Shown here one piece after another: positions 1 to 7,574 of a DNA stretch of 40,000 nt. The notes under the pieces are model-generated. The model made no database searches. It saw nothing but the letters and a program-made list of their open reading frames with translations, and had not been told where the DNA came from. Numbering within the stretch: the first letter of the stretch is position 1; each line of letters starts with the position of its first letter. The translations under genes were made by a program, and so were the position numbers. The stretch spans positions 1 through 40,000 of the forward strand of contig CBFGLU010000001.1 in NCBI GenBank assembly GCA_965649685.1, in the 5' to 3' direction. The stretch comes from an uncultured bacterium. GTDB lineage: Bacteria > Patescibacteriota > Saccharimonadia > Saccharimonadales > Saccharimonadaceae.

Positions 1-1715
1 ACAAGTACGGCGTGCCTCGTATCTGCTTCATCAACAAGATCAACCAGACCGGTGGTGACTTCTACAAGTCGCTTGAAACCATTCACACCCGTCTTTCGAA
101 GCATGCGTTGCCAGTCCACTTGCCAATCGGCTTTGAGAAAGACATCAACGGTGTCGTCGACCTGATCGACATGAAAGCCTACACTTACTCGGACTACACC
201 GACAAGGCACTGGTTCCTGGTGACATCCCAGCCGACATGCAGGAAAAGGCCAAGAACGCCCGTAGTTTGCTGGTTGAAGCTGCCGTTGAAGCTGACGACG
301 AACTGATGATGCGCTTCCTCGACGAGGGCGAAGACGCTATCACTACCGACGAGCTGAAGAGCGCGCTACGTAAGCGTATCCTTGCTGGTGACTTCTACCT
401 GGTAACCGGTGGTGATGGTCGTGGTGTGATCGTCGAGAAGGTTCTCGACCTCGTCAGCGACTTCCTGCCGAACCCACTTGACGTAGGTGACACCTGGGGT
501 GTGAATCCTAAGTCTGGCGAAGAGATCAGCCGCAAGCCTGACGCCAGCGAGCCGATGGCCGGTATCGCCTTCAAGATCGCGACCGACCCATTCGTCGGTA
601 AGCTGATCTTCGTCCGTGTCTACTCTGGCACCCTGAAGGCCGGCTCATATGTTCTGAACACCACTACCGGTGAAAAGGAACGTGTCGGACGTATCGTCCG
701 TATGCACGCCGACAAGCGTGAAGACATCGATGAGATCAAGGCTGGTGACATCGCCGCCGTCGTAGGTCTGAAGAGCACCTTCACCGGTCACACCCTTTGT
801 GACGTGGCTAACCCGATTGCACTCGAAAGCATCACTTTCCCAGAGCCACCGGTCGCCATCGCCGTCGAGCCAAAGAGTAAGGCCGACCAGGAAAAGATGG
901 GTATCGCCCTCGGTCGTCTGGCTGAGGAAGACCCTACCTTCCGCGTTCACACCGACGAAGAAACCGGCCAGACCATCATGTCCGGTATGGGTGAGCTGCA
1001 CCTCGACATCTTGATCGACCGTATGAAGCGCGAGTTCAAGGTCGAGGCGAACATCGGTGAGCCACAGGTCGCCTTCCGCGAATCTATCAAGGGTACCAGC
1101 CAGGTTCAGGGTAAGCACGCCAAGCAGTCCGGTGGACGTGGCCAGTACGGTGACGTCTGGGTCCGCTTCGAGCCGAACGAGCCAGGCAAGGGCTTTGAAT
1201 TCTTCGACGAGATCAAGGGTGGTGTGGTTCCGCAGGAATACCGTATGCCGGTCATGAAGGGTATCAAGGATACGCTCGATAGCGGTGTGATCGCCGGCTA
1301 TCCAGTAGTCGATGTGAAGGCGACCCTGTACGACGGTAGCTATCACGACGTCGACTCAAGTGAACTGGCCTTCAGCCTGGCTGGTAGCCTGGCCGCCCGC
1401 GAAGGTGTCAAGCAAGCCAATCCTGTACTGCTCGAGCCTGTCATGCGCGTCGAGGTCACTACTCCTGAGGAATTCATGGGTGATGTGATCGGCGACCTTA
1501 ACTCTCGTCGTGGCCGTATCGAGGCCATGGAAGACCTGGCTGGTGGTGCCAAGCTGATCAAGGCCTTCGTGCCACTCGCGCAGATGTTCGGTTACACCAA
1601 CGACATCCGTTCGATGAGCCAGGGTCGTGCCGCTTCTACCATGGAGCTGGCCCAGTACGAGGAAGTACCACCGAACGTTGCACAGGAGATCATCGAGAAG
1701 CGGGCAAGCAAATAA
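1..1715 (+). CDS. fusA: Elongation factor G, 5'-truncated by the window edge (about 570 C-terminal codons present)
   Basis: The frame is open from the window edge (..KYGVPRICFINK..) to TAA at 1713-1715. EF-G hallmarks are present: IAFKIATDPFVGKLIFVRVYSG, GELHLDILIDRMKREF, GSYHDVDSSELAF. A terminator follows. Confidence 0.95.
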   Translation, partial: KYGVPRICFINKINQTGGDFYKSLETIHTRLSKHALPVHLPIGFEKDINGVVDLIDMKAYTYSDYTDKALVPGDIPADMQEKAKNARSLLVEAAVEADDELMMRFLDEGEDAITTDELKSALRKRILAGDFYLVTGGDGRGVIVEKVLDLVSDFLPNPLDVGDTWGVNPKSGEEISRKPDASEPMAGIAFKIATDPFVGKLIFVRVYSGTLKAGSYVLNTTTGEKERVGRIVRMHADKREDIDEIKAGDIAAVVGLKSTFTGHTLCDVANPIALESITFPEPPVAIAVEPKSKADQEKMGIALGRLAEEDPTFRVHTDEETGQTIMSGMGELHLDILIDRMKREFKVEANIGEPQVAFRESIKGTSQVQGKHAKQSGGRGQYGDVWVRFEPNEPGKGFEFFDEIKGGVVPQEYRMPVMKGIKDTLDSGVIAGYPVVDVKATLYDGSYHDVDSSELAFSLAGSLAAREGVKQANPVLLEPVMRVEVTTPEEFMGDVIGDLNSRRGRIEAMEDLAGGAKLIKAFVPLAQMFGYTNDIRSMSQGRAASTMELAQYEEVPPNVAQEIIEKRASK

Positions 1716-1742
1716 GCCTATCCTATCGCTCCGTTGATTTAT

Positions 1743-1775
1743 GTCACCCGTCATCTGACGGGTGACGTTTTTATT
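1743..1775 (+). terminator. Rho-independent terminator after fusA
   Basis: 10-bp stem gtcacccgtc/gacgggtgac with a 4-nt loop, followed by gtttttatt. Confidence 0.8.
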
Positions 1776-1801
1776 GCAACTATGCGGGAGGCTGGTATAA
1801 T
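1774..1801 (+). promoter_or_regulatory. Sigma70-type promoter of the respiratory module (TTGCAA-16-TGgTATAAT)
   Basis: TTGCAA at 1774-1779, 16-nt spacer, TATAAT at 1796-1801 preceded by TGg. It sits directly after the fusA terminator. Confidence 0.6.
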
Positions 1802-1843
1802 CTTGCTTAAGCTAAACTAAGCGATATTTGCGCGAAGGAAGAC

Positions 1844-2554
1844 ATGAAAACGAAACGAACATTTATCATTCCTGCACTCGCCATGCTGCTAGTGATGGGT
1901 TTGACCGTGCCAGCCTTGGCCCACGAAGGTTCAGACGATACGGTTGTCAGCAATGAGATTGAAACCGAAACTGAAGTTACGACCGGTACGGATGACTCCA
2001 CGATCTCGATCAAGGCTGACGACGACAAGCAGACGAGGCTACAGCGCCAAGCTGAGCGCATCAAGGAGCGTCGAGCGGCCATAGAAGCGAAGCTGGCTGA
2101 GCGTAGGGCCGAGCACAAGGAGCGTCTTGAGGGACGTCGCTTGGCCACGTGCGAGAACCGTGAGCAGCGTATTAACCAGCTGCTTGATAGGAGTGCAGAG
2201 AACGGCAAGCGCCATCTGCAAGTCATCCAGCGGATCGAAGAAGGTATAAAGAAGTTCTACCATGATAAGGCGTTGTCGGCCGATGGGTATGACGCTGCAC
2301 TTGCTGCGGCTGATGAGAGAGAAGCTGACGCTGTAGCGGCTCTTGACGTACTGTCAGACGTCGATTTCGACTGCGCGAATGCGGATGGCCAGAAGCCGGC
2401 CGCCGTGATCGCCTCGGCGGTCCATCAGCGGCACGACGCCCTGAAGGCCTACCGTACGACCGTGAAAGACCTCCTATTGGTCGTGAAGAAGTCGCTGAAC
2501 GATAAGGCCGGAACCAGTACGGACGAGGCTACGAAGCAGGATGGGGAGGTATAG
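1844..2554 (+). CDS. Secreted coiled-coil protein of unknown function (236 aa)
   Basis: SD gaaggaag lies upstream. N-terminal signal peptide MKTKRTFIIPALAMLLVMGLTVPALA/HEG. Charged helical region (RLQRQAERIKERRAAIEAKLAERRAEHKERLEGRR) and two Cys. No family recognised. Confidence 0.75.
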   Translation: MKTKRTFIIPALAMLLVMGLTVPALAHEGSDDTVVSNEIETETEVTTGTDDSTISIKADDDKQTRLQRQAERIKERRAAIEAKLAERRAEHKERLEGRRLATCENREQRINQLLDRSAENGKRHLQVIQRIEEGIKKFYHDKALSADGYDAALAAADEREADAVAALDVLSDVDFDCANADGQKPAAVIASAVHQRHDALKAYRTTVKDLLLVVKKSLNDKAGTSTDEATKQDGEV

Positions 2555-2556
2555 CC

Positions 2557-2814
2557 ATGCGAAGCTATAAGGGATTCTCGATCGTTGAACTTCTGGTCAT
2601 CGTGGGTGTACTGGTATTGATCGGTGGGCTCGGCTTCGTCGCCTGGAAGTCATTCAACAAATCAGCGAACGAGAACGGTACTCCTGTCTCGAATAGTCAG
2701 ACCGCCGAAGTCATAACGACCGAGGAAGATCTGAACGAAGCTGCCAAGCAGCTTGATCAGTTGGATATTGAAGACGAAGACAGTCAGCAGGCCGAAAGCC
2801 AGGCTACGTTTTAG
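2557..2814 (+). CDS. Truncated type IV pilin-like protein (85 aa): prepilin-type N-terminus plus acidic tail
   Basis: Strong SD ggggagg 7 nt upstream. The start is 2 nt after the preceding stop. MRSYKG/FSIVELLVIVGVLVLIGGL fits the class III signal (G/F cleavage, Glu at +5). The remainder is short, acidic and has no globular head. Confidence 0.7.
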   Translation: MRSYKGFSIVELLVIVGVLVLIGGLGFVAWKSFNKSANENGTPVSNSQTAEVITTEEDLNEAAKQLDQLDIEDEDSQQAESQATF

Positions 2815-2820
2815 CAAGAC

Positions 2821-2849
2821 TTGTCCGACAACGGCATAAGCGGTATCAT
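2821..2849 (+). promoter_or_regulatory. Candidate internal promoter in front of cyoA (TTGTCC-17-TATCAT)
   Basis: TTGTCC at 2821-2826, 17-nt spacer, TATCAT at 2844-2849. The ATG at 2860 is only 10 nt downstream and has no SD. Confidence 0.4.
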
Positions 2850-2859
2850 GTAACCACGT

Positions 2860-3750
2860 ATGAAACGTTTCGTGGGGGTGATGATACCGCTTATTATCAT
2901 CGGAGCTTTAGTGATCGGCGGTATCGCGCTCGTGAGCGGAGCTTCGATCGATGCGCTTGATCCAGCCGGTCAGATCGCCGCTCAACAGCGAAAAGTCCTT
3001 ATCCTGACGTTGTTTCTGAGCTCGCTCGTCGTCGTACCGGTATTCACGATGCTTATCGTGTTTGCCATCCGCTACCGTGCGAGCAACCACCGGGCCGAAT
3101 ACCGGCCCGAATGGGGTGAGAATAAGCTGCTGGAAGGTCTTTGGTGGGGTATCCCGATCGCCATCATCGGCGTGCTAGGTGTGGTAACGGTAGTGACGAG
3201 TCATAGCCTCGACCCGTATAAACCGATTGCCAGTGATAAGTCCACGTTGGAAGTGCAGGTCGTCGCTATGCAATGGAAATGGCTGTTCATCTATCCTCAA
3301 TACGACGTCGCGACGTTGAATTACCTGCCGGTAGAGGTTGATCGGCCGATCCATTTCACCCTGACGGCTGACGCACCGATGAGCGCCTTCTGGATTCCGA
3401 AGCTAGGCAGTCAGATTTACGCCATGAACGGCATGCAGTCGGAACTGAACCTGATCGCGAACAAGACAGGTAGCTTTACCGGCTATACTACCAATATCAA
3501 CGGTGAAGGCTACGCCGACATGACCTTTACGCTTAGGTCATATTCGACCGATGATTTCAACGCCTGGCGCAGGCAGGCGAATGCCGTGCCGGCACAGATT
3601 GACTCGCAGACCTACGAGACATTGTCGCAGCCGACCATCGACACCAAACTCCGTACGTATCGCCTGGCGGAAGAAAATCTCTTTGCTACCATAGTGCATG
3701 AACGTATGGATCATTCACACGAACAAATGAAAACCGGAGGGGGACATTGA
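2860..3750 (+). CDS. cyoA: Cytochrome o/bo3-type quinol oxidase subunit II
   Basis: Close to E. coli CyoA as recalled (LDPAGQIAAQQRKVLILT, YRASNHRAEYRPEW, FWIPKLGSQIYAMNGMQSELNLIA). The protein has no cysteine at all, so there are no CuA ligands. This marks a quinol oxidase rather than a cytochrome c oxidase. Confidence 0.9.
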   Translation: MKRFVGVMIPLIIIGALVIGGIALVSGASIDALDPAGQIAAQQRKVLILTLFLSSLVVVPVFTMLIVFAIRYRASNHRAEYRPEWGENKLLEGLWWGIPIAIIGVLGVVTVVTSHSLDPYKPIASDKSTLEVQVVAMQWKWLFIYPQYDVATLNYLPVEVDRPIHFTLTADAPMSAFWIPKLGSQIYAMNGMQSELNLIANKTGSFTGYTTNINGEGYADMTFTLRSYSTDDFNAWRRQANAVPAQIDSQTYETLSQPTIDTKLRTYRLAEENLFATIVHERMDHSHEQMKTGGGH

Positions 3751-5726
3751 TGAACGGTTTCTTCGAATTTCTGATCGGCCGTCTGTCACCTGAGTACTTC
3801 CCGCAGGATCCCGTTACCATAGGGGCTGCGGTCGGCATGCCATTGACGGTGTTATTCATCGCCGGTCTCATAACCTACCTAAAACGCTGGACGTGGCTAT
3901 GGAAGGAGTGGTTGACATCACTGGACGCAAAGAAGATCGGTGTCATGTACGGCATCGTGGCTATCGTCATGTTGCTACGAGGACTGGCGGATGCCGGTAT
4001 GCTGCGACTGCAGACGGCGCTCAGTGCCGGTGATGCCAGCGGGCCGTTCAGTACCGACACCTTCCAGCAAGTATTCACCGCCCATGGCACCATTATGATC
4101 TTCTTCGTGGCCATGGGTCTGATGTTCGCACTGATCAACGTGGTCATGCCGCTCCTCATCGGCGCCCGTGACATGGCGTTTCCTCTGATGAACTCGATCA
4201 GTTTCTGGCTGTTCGCAGCCGGCATGGTATTGATTAACCTGTCGCTACTGTTCGGTGGCTTCTCGAATGCCGGTTGGCTGGGGTACCCACCGTTGACGGA
4301 GTTGGAGTACAACCCAGGGCCTGGCGTCGACTATTGGATATGGTCGCTCCAGATCGCCGGTATCGGCAGCCTGTTGTCCGGAATCAACTTCTTCGTGACG
4401 ATATTGAAGCACCGCGCACCTGGCATGACCATGTTCAAGATGCCGATCTTCCCGTGGAGCGTCCTGGTGACCAGCGTGCTTATCATGCTGGCGTTCCCGA
4501 TCCTGACGGTGACCTTGGCTCTCCTTAGTCTCGACCGTACCATGGGGATGCATTTCTTTACCTCCGACTTGGGCGGGAATCCGATGCTCTACATCAATCT
4601 CATATGGGCGTGGGGTCATCCTGAGGTGTATATCCTGGTACTGCCGGCCTTCGGCATCTTTTCGGAAGTCGTGGCCACGTTCTGTCGCAAGATGCTGTTC
4701 GGTTACCGCACCATGGTCTATGCCTTGATCGCCATCATGCTCCTGTCGTTCATCGTGTGGCAACATCATTTCTTCACCATGGGCGCGGGAGCGAACGTGA
4801 ACGCGTTCTTCGGCATCATGACCATGGTCATCGCCATTCCGACCGGTGTCAAGATCTTCAACTGGCTGTTCACGATGTATCGGGGCCGTATTACGTTCAG
4901 CGCGCCGATGATCTGGTTCTTCGCGTTCGTGGTTACCTTCACGATCGGAGGTGTCAGTGGCGTCATGATGGCCGTGCCCGCGCTCGACTTCCAAGTACAT
5001 AACACGATGTTCCTGGTCGCACACTTCCATAACGTCATAATCGGCGGCGTGGTGTTCGGCTTTTTCGCGGGCATTACGTATTGGTTCCCGAAGGTCTTCG
5101 GCTTCCGTTTGCACGACCGTCTGGGGCGATGGTCGGCCTATGCCTGGCAGCTCGGTTTCATCCTGGCGTTCATTCCGCTCTATATCCTTGGCCTGATGGG
5201 TGCCGTACGCCGGATCGACGACTATAGCGACCCATCGTGGCTACCGTTCTTCATCGTCTCCGGTATCGGCGTGATGGTGGTGGCGTTAGGAGTGGGACTG
5301 TTCTTATTACAAGTGGCTTACAGCATATGGAAGCGCAAGGAGCTGCGTGACACCACCGGTGATCCTTACGACGGCCGTACACTTGAATGGTCGGTGCCGT
5401 CGCCCGCGCCGCACTACAACTTTGCGGTCATTCCGACCGTGACCGAGCGGGATGAATGGTGGTACCGTAAGCAGGCGAAAAAGACCCGGTTGGCACGTGA
5501 TGAGTACAAGGATATATGGCTGCCGAAAAACAGCAGCGTCGGGCTGACCGTAGGCATCTTGTCGGGATTATTCGGATTTGCGATCATCTGGCATCTCTGG
5601 TGGTTGGCGTTGATCTTGCTGGTAGCCGTGGTAGTGGTCATCATTCGTCGGACCCTCGACGATAACGGCGAGTACCGCATTACCGCACAAGAGCTGTACG
5701 AGGAAGCGAACGGAGGACTGGCATGA
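3750..5726 (+). CDS. cyoB: Cytochrome o/bo3-type quinol oxidase subunit I (heme-copper oxidase)
   Basis: Long runs match E. coli CyoB as recalled: YINLIWAWGHPEVYIL, HHFFTMGAGANVNAFFGI, AIPTGVKIFNWLFTMY, HFHNVIIGGVVFG, LLRGLADA. SD ggaggggg lies upstream. The ATG at 3750 overlaps the cyoA TGA. The ORF track starts 3 nt earlier at a TTG. Confidence 0.95.
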   Translation: MNGFFEFLIGRLSPEYFPQDPVTIGAAVGMPLTVLFIAGLITYLKRWTWLWKEWLTSLDAKKIGVMYGIVAIVMLLRGLADAGMLRLQTALSAGDASGPFSTDTFQQVFTAHGTIMIFFVAMGLMFALINVVMPLLIGARDMAFPLMNSISFWLFAAGMVLINLSLLFGGFSNAGWLGYPPLTELEYNPGPGVDYWIWSLQIAGIGSLLSGINFFVTILKHRAPGMTMFKMPIFPWSVLVTSVLIMLAFPILTVTLALLSLDRTMGMHFFTSDLGGNPMLYINLIWAWGHPEVYILVLPAFGIFSEVVATFCRKMLFGYRTMVYALIAIMLLSFIVWQHHFFTMGAGANVNAFFGIMTMVIAIPTGVKIFNWLFTMYRGRITFSAPMIWFFAFVVTFTIGGVSGVMMAVPALDFQVHNTMFLVAHFHNVIIGGVVFGFFAGITYWFPKVFGFRLHDRLGRWSAYAWQLGFILAFIPLYILGLMGAVRRIDDYSDPSWLPFFIVSGIGVMVVALGVGLFLLQVAYSIWKRKELRDTTGDPYDGRTLEWSVPSPAPHYNFAVIPTVTERDEWWYRKQAKKTRLARDEYKDIWLPKNSSVGLTVGILSGLFGFAIIWHLWWLALILLVAVVVVIIRRTLDDNGEYRITAQELYEEANGGLA

Positions 5727-6304
5727 GCGAAGCTGAACGCCTGATGAAGCGAGAGAAGGCAGAGTACGGCTTCTGGCTTTACCTCATGACGGATCTGATA
5801 CTGTTCTCAAGTCTGTTCGCTACCTACGTCATCCTGAAGCACAACACCGTCGGTGCCGGAACTGCCGCGGAACTGCTCGATCCGACTTACGCGCTTATCC
5901 TGACTATCGCACTGCTTACCAGTAGCTTCACGTCGGGCGTGGCTGCCGCCGCGTTCAACTTCGGCATGAAGCGACTCGGTCTCGGGCTTGTCCTGGCCAC
6001 GGTTCTTCTCGGTCTGACGTTCCTGGGCCTGGAACTGGCGGAATTCGCCCATTTGGTGGCGGAAGGTGAGTCGTGGCGTGAGAGTGCCTTTCTCTCCGCG
6101 TTCTTCACTCTTGTCGGTACGCACGGGTTGCACATCACCGTCGGTCTGATCTGGGCGCTGACTCTCATGGTCTACATCATGAAGCGGGGCTTGACGCATA
6201 ACGCCATGCGTAAGTTCGCGCTCTTCACGTACTTCTGGCACTTCCTGGACATCGTATGGATCTTCATCTTCGCGGTGGTATATCTCGCGGGAGGACTGGC
6301 ATGA
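5723..6304 (+). CDS. cyoC: Cytochrome o quinol oxidase subunit III
   Basis: ATGA overlap with cyoB. Five-TM protein with the C-terminal motif FWHFLDIVWIFIF typical of subunit III. Confidence 0.9.
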   Translation: MSEAERLMKREKAEYGFWLYLMTDLILFSSLFATYVILKHNTVGAGTAAELLDPTYALILTIALLTSSFTSGVAAAAFNFGMKRLGLGLVLATVLLGLTFLGLELAEFAHLVAEGESWRESAFLSAFFTLVGTHGLHITVGLIWALTLMVYIMKRGLTHNAMRKFALFTYFWHFLDIVWIFIFAVVYLAGGLA

Positions 6305-6672
6305 ACGGGTTGGATCGAGAATTCAAGAAGCTGCTGGCCGTATATGTGATCGGTTTTGCCGCCGCGTTGCTGCTGAGCGTGGTGAGTTATCTGATGGTGA
6401 TGGACGGATGGTTCGCGACCGACTGGATGACGATGATAGCCTTACTGGTGCTAGCAGTCATTCAGCTTGTCATTCAGCTCGTCTGCTTCTTGCATCTGCG
6501 GCCAGACCGAGACGCCTTCTCACGGACCGGTACCTTCATCTTCGCCGTCGGAACGGTTTTGATCATCGTGGTTGGTTCGATATGGATCATGAAGAACCTT
6601 GATTATCGTATGCATATGACACCGGAATCGATGCTCAAGTATATGTCGGAGCAGAACAAGAAAGGCTTTTAA
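6301..6672 (+). CDS. cyoD: Cytochrome o quinol oxidase subunit IV
   Basis: ATGA overlap with cyoC (ATG at 6301). 123-aa three-TM protein in the conserved cyoABCD position. The 6256 start in the ORF track overlaps cyoC and is not favoured. Confidence 0.8.
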   Translation: MNGLDREFKKLLAVYVIGFAAALLLSVVSYLMVMDGWFATDWMTMIALLVLAVIQLVIQLVCFLHLRPDRDAFSRTGTFIFAVGTVLIIVVGSIWIMKNLDYRMHMTPESMLKYMSEQNKKGF

Positions 6673-6675
6673 GGG

Positions 6676-7545
6676 ATGATAGGCGATTACTACCGGTTGA
6701 CGAAGCCGGGTATCATCAAAGGTAACCTTATTCATGTGCTGGCCGGCTTGTTGTTCGCCCATGCCTATGGATTCTCGTGGCAAGCGGTAGTGGGGGTCGT
6801 CGCCGGTACGGTGCTTATCATTGCTTCGGCCTGCGTGGTAAACAATTACACCGACCGTGGTATTGATGCACGCATGAAGCGGACCAAGACCCGCGCGTCC
6901 GTCACCGGAGCCGTCACGCCGCGTAACGCCATGCTGTTCGCGACCGTTCTGTTTGTGGCCGGCATGACTCTTTTAATTAGCCTGACAAACCTGCTGGTCG
7001 TCATCATCGGGCTGGTGGCGTACGTCTTTTACGTCTTCATCTATGCGGTCGCCAAGCGTACCACGGTGCACAGCACGCTTGTCGGCGCTATTCCGGGCGC
7101 GTTGCCGGCGATGGCAGGGTATGTGGCGTTGAGCGGTCGGCTCGATCTGGCCGCATGGTTGATCTTCCTGCTCGTCCTGGTATGGCAGATGCCCCATTTC
7201 TATGCCATCTCTATCTTTCGGCGCGATGAATACAAGGCGGCCGGCTTACCGGTGTTGGGTGTCGTCAAAGGCTTTGACCAAGTACGCTGGCATATGGGCG
7301 CGTACCTGGCGTTATACGTGCTTGTCGTACTGCTTATCATCGTCAGCGGATCGATCAATCTGCTGGGCGGTGCCGTGTTGCTCATGGCCGCGTTGTATTG
7401 GGTGAGGGCGTACCTACGACCGGTTCATGACCAAGTCAAATGGGCAAAAACGGTTTTCGGTACGTCGTTGCTATTGACGATGACATTGTTGCTCGCGGTC
7501 GCACTCGATGCTGTGACTCCCGGGCTGACTACGTTACAATGGTAA
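6676..7545 (+). CDS. cyoE: Protoheme IX farnesyltransferase (heme O synthase, UbiA family)
   Basis: Polytopic membrane protein with the NNYTDRGIDARMKRTKTRA (NxxxDxxxD) prenyltransferase motif. It immediately follows cyoD. Confidence 0.9.
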   Translation: MIGDYYRLTKPGIIKGNLIHVLAGLLFAHAYGFSWQAVVGVVAGTVLIIASACVVNNYTDRGIDARMKRTKTRASVTGAVTPRNAMLFATVLFVAGMTLLISLTNLLVVIIGLVAYVFYVFIYAVAKRTTVHSTLVGAIPGALPAMAGYVALSGRLDLAAWLIFLLVLVWQMPHFYAISIFRRDEYKAAGLPVLGVVKGFDQVRWHMGAYLALYVLVVLLIIVSGSINLLGGAVLLMAALYWVRAYLRPVHDQVKWAKTVFGTSLLLTMTLLLAVALDAVTPGLTTLQW

Positions 7546-7574
7546 GGAATCAAGAGAGGAACAAACATCACGAC

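Noticed and set aside
1844-2554. The 236-aa secreted protein as a copper chaperone (Sco/PCuAC-like) for the oxidase.
   Set aside because: It has no CxxxC, H(M)x10Mx21HxM-type or thioredoxin-fold signature. It contains only two widely spaced Cys within an otherwise coiled-coil sequence.
2557-2814. The idea that the 85-aa truncated pilin next to the oxidase is a Geobacter-like conductive e-pilin.
   Set aside because: The predicted mature protein has only about five aromatic residues out of 79, with a long aromatic-free acidic C-terminal stretch. This is well below the aromatic density and spacing described for e-pilins. Only the short length is similar.
7440-7574. 5' extensions proposed by the ORF track. 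These are ndh from 7440, tuf from 8818, cyoD from 6256, rpsQ from 16160, rplO from 19894, rpoA from 24636, the TPR gene from 31233, the SRPBCC gene from 26868 and cyoB from TTG 3747.
   Set aside because: Each extension overlaps the upstream gene or lacks an SD. Internal ATGs reproduce the conserved N-termini of the families and are preceded by an SD or a -10 element.
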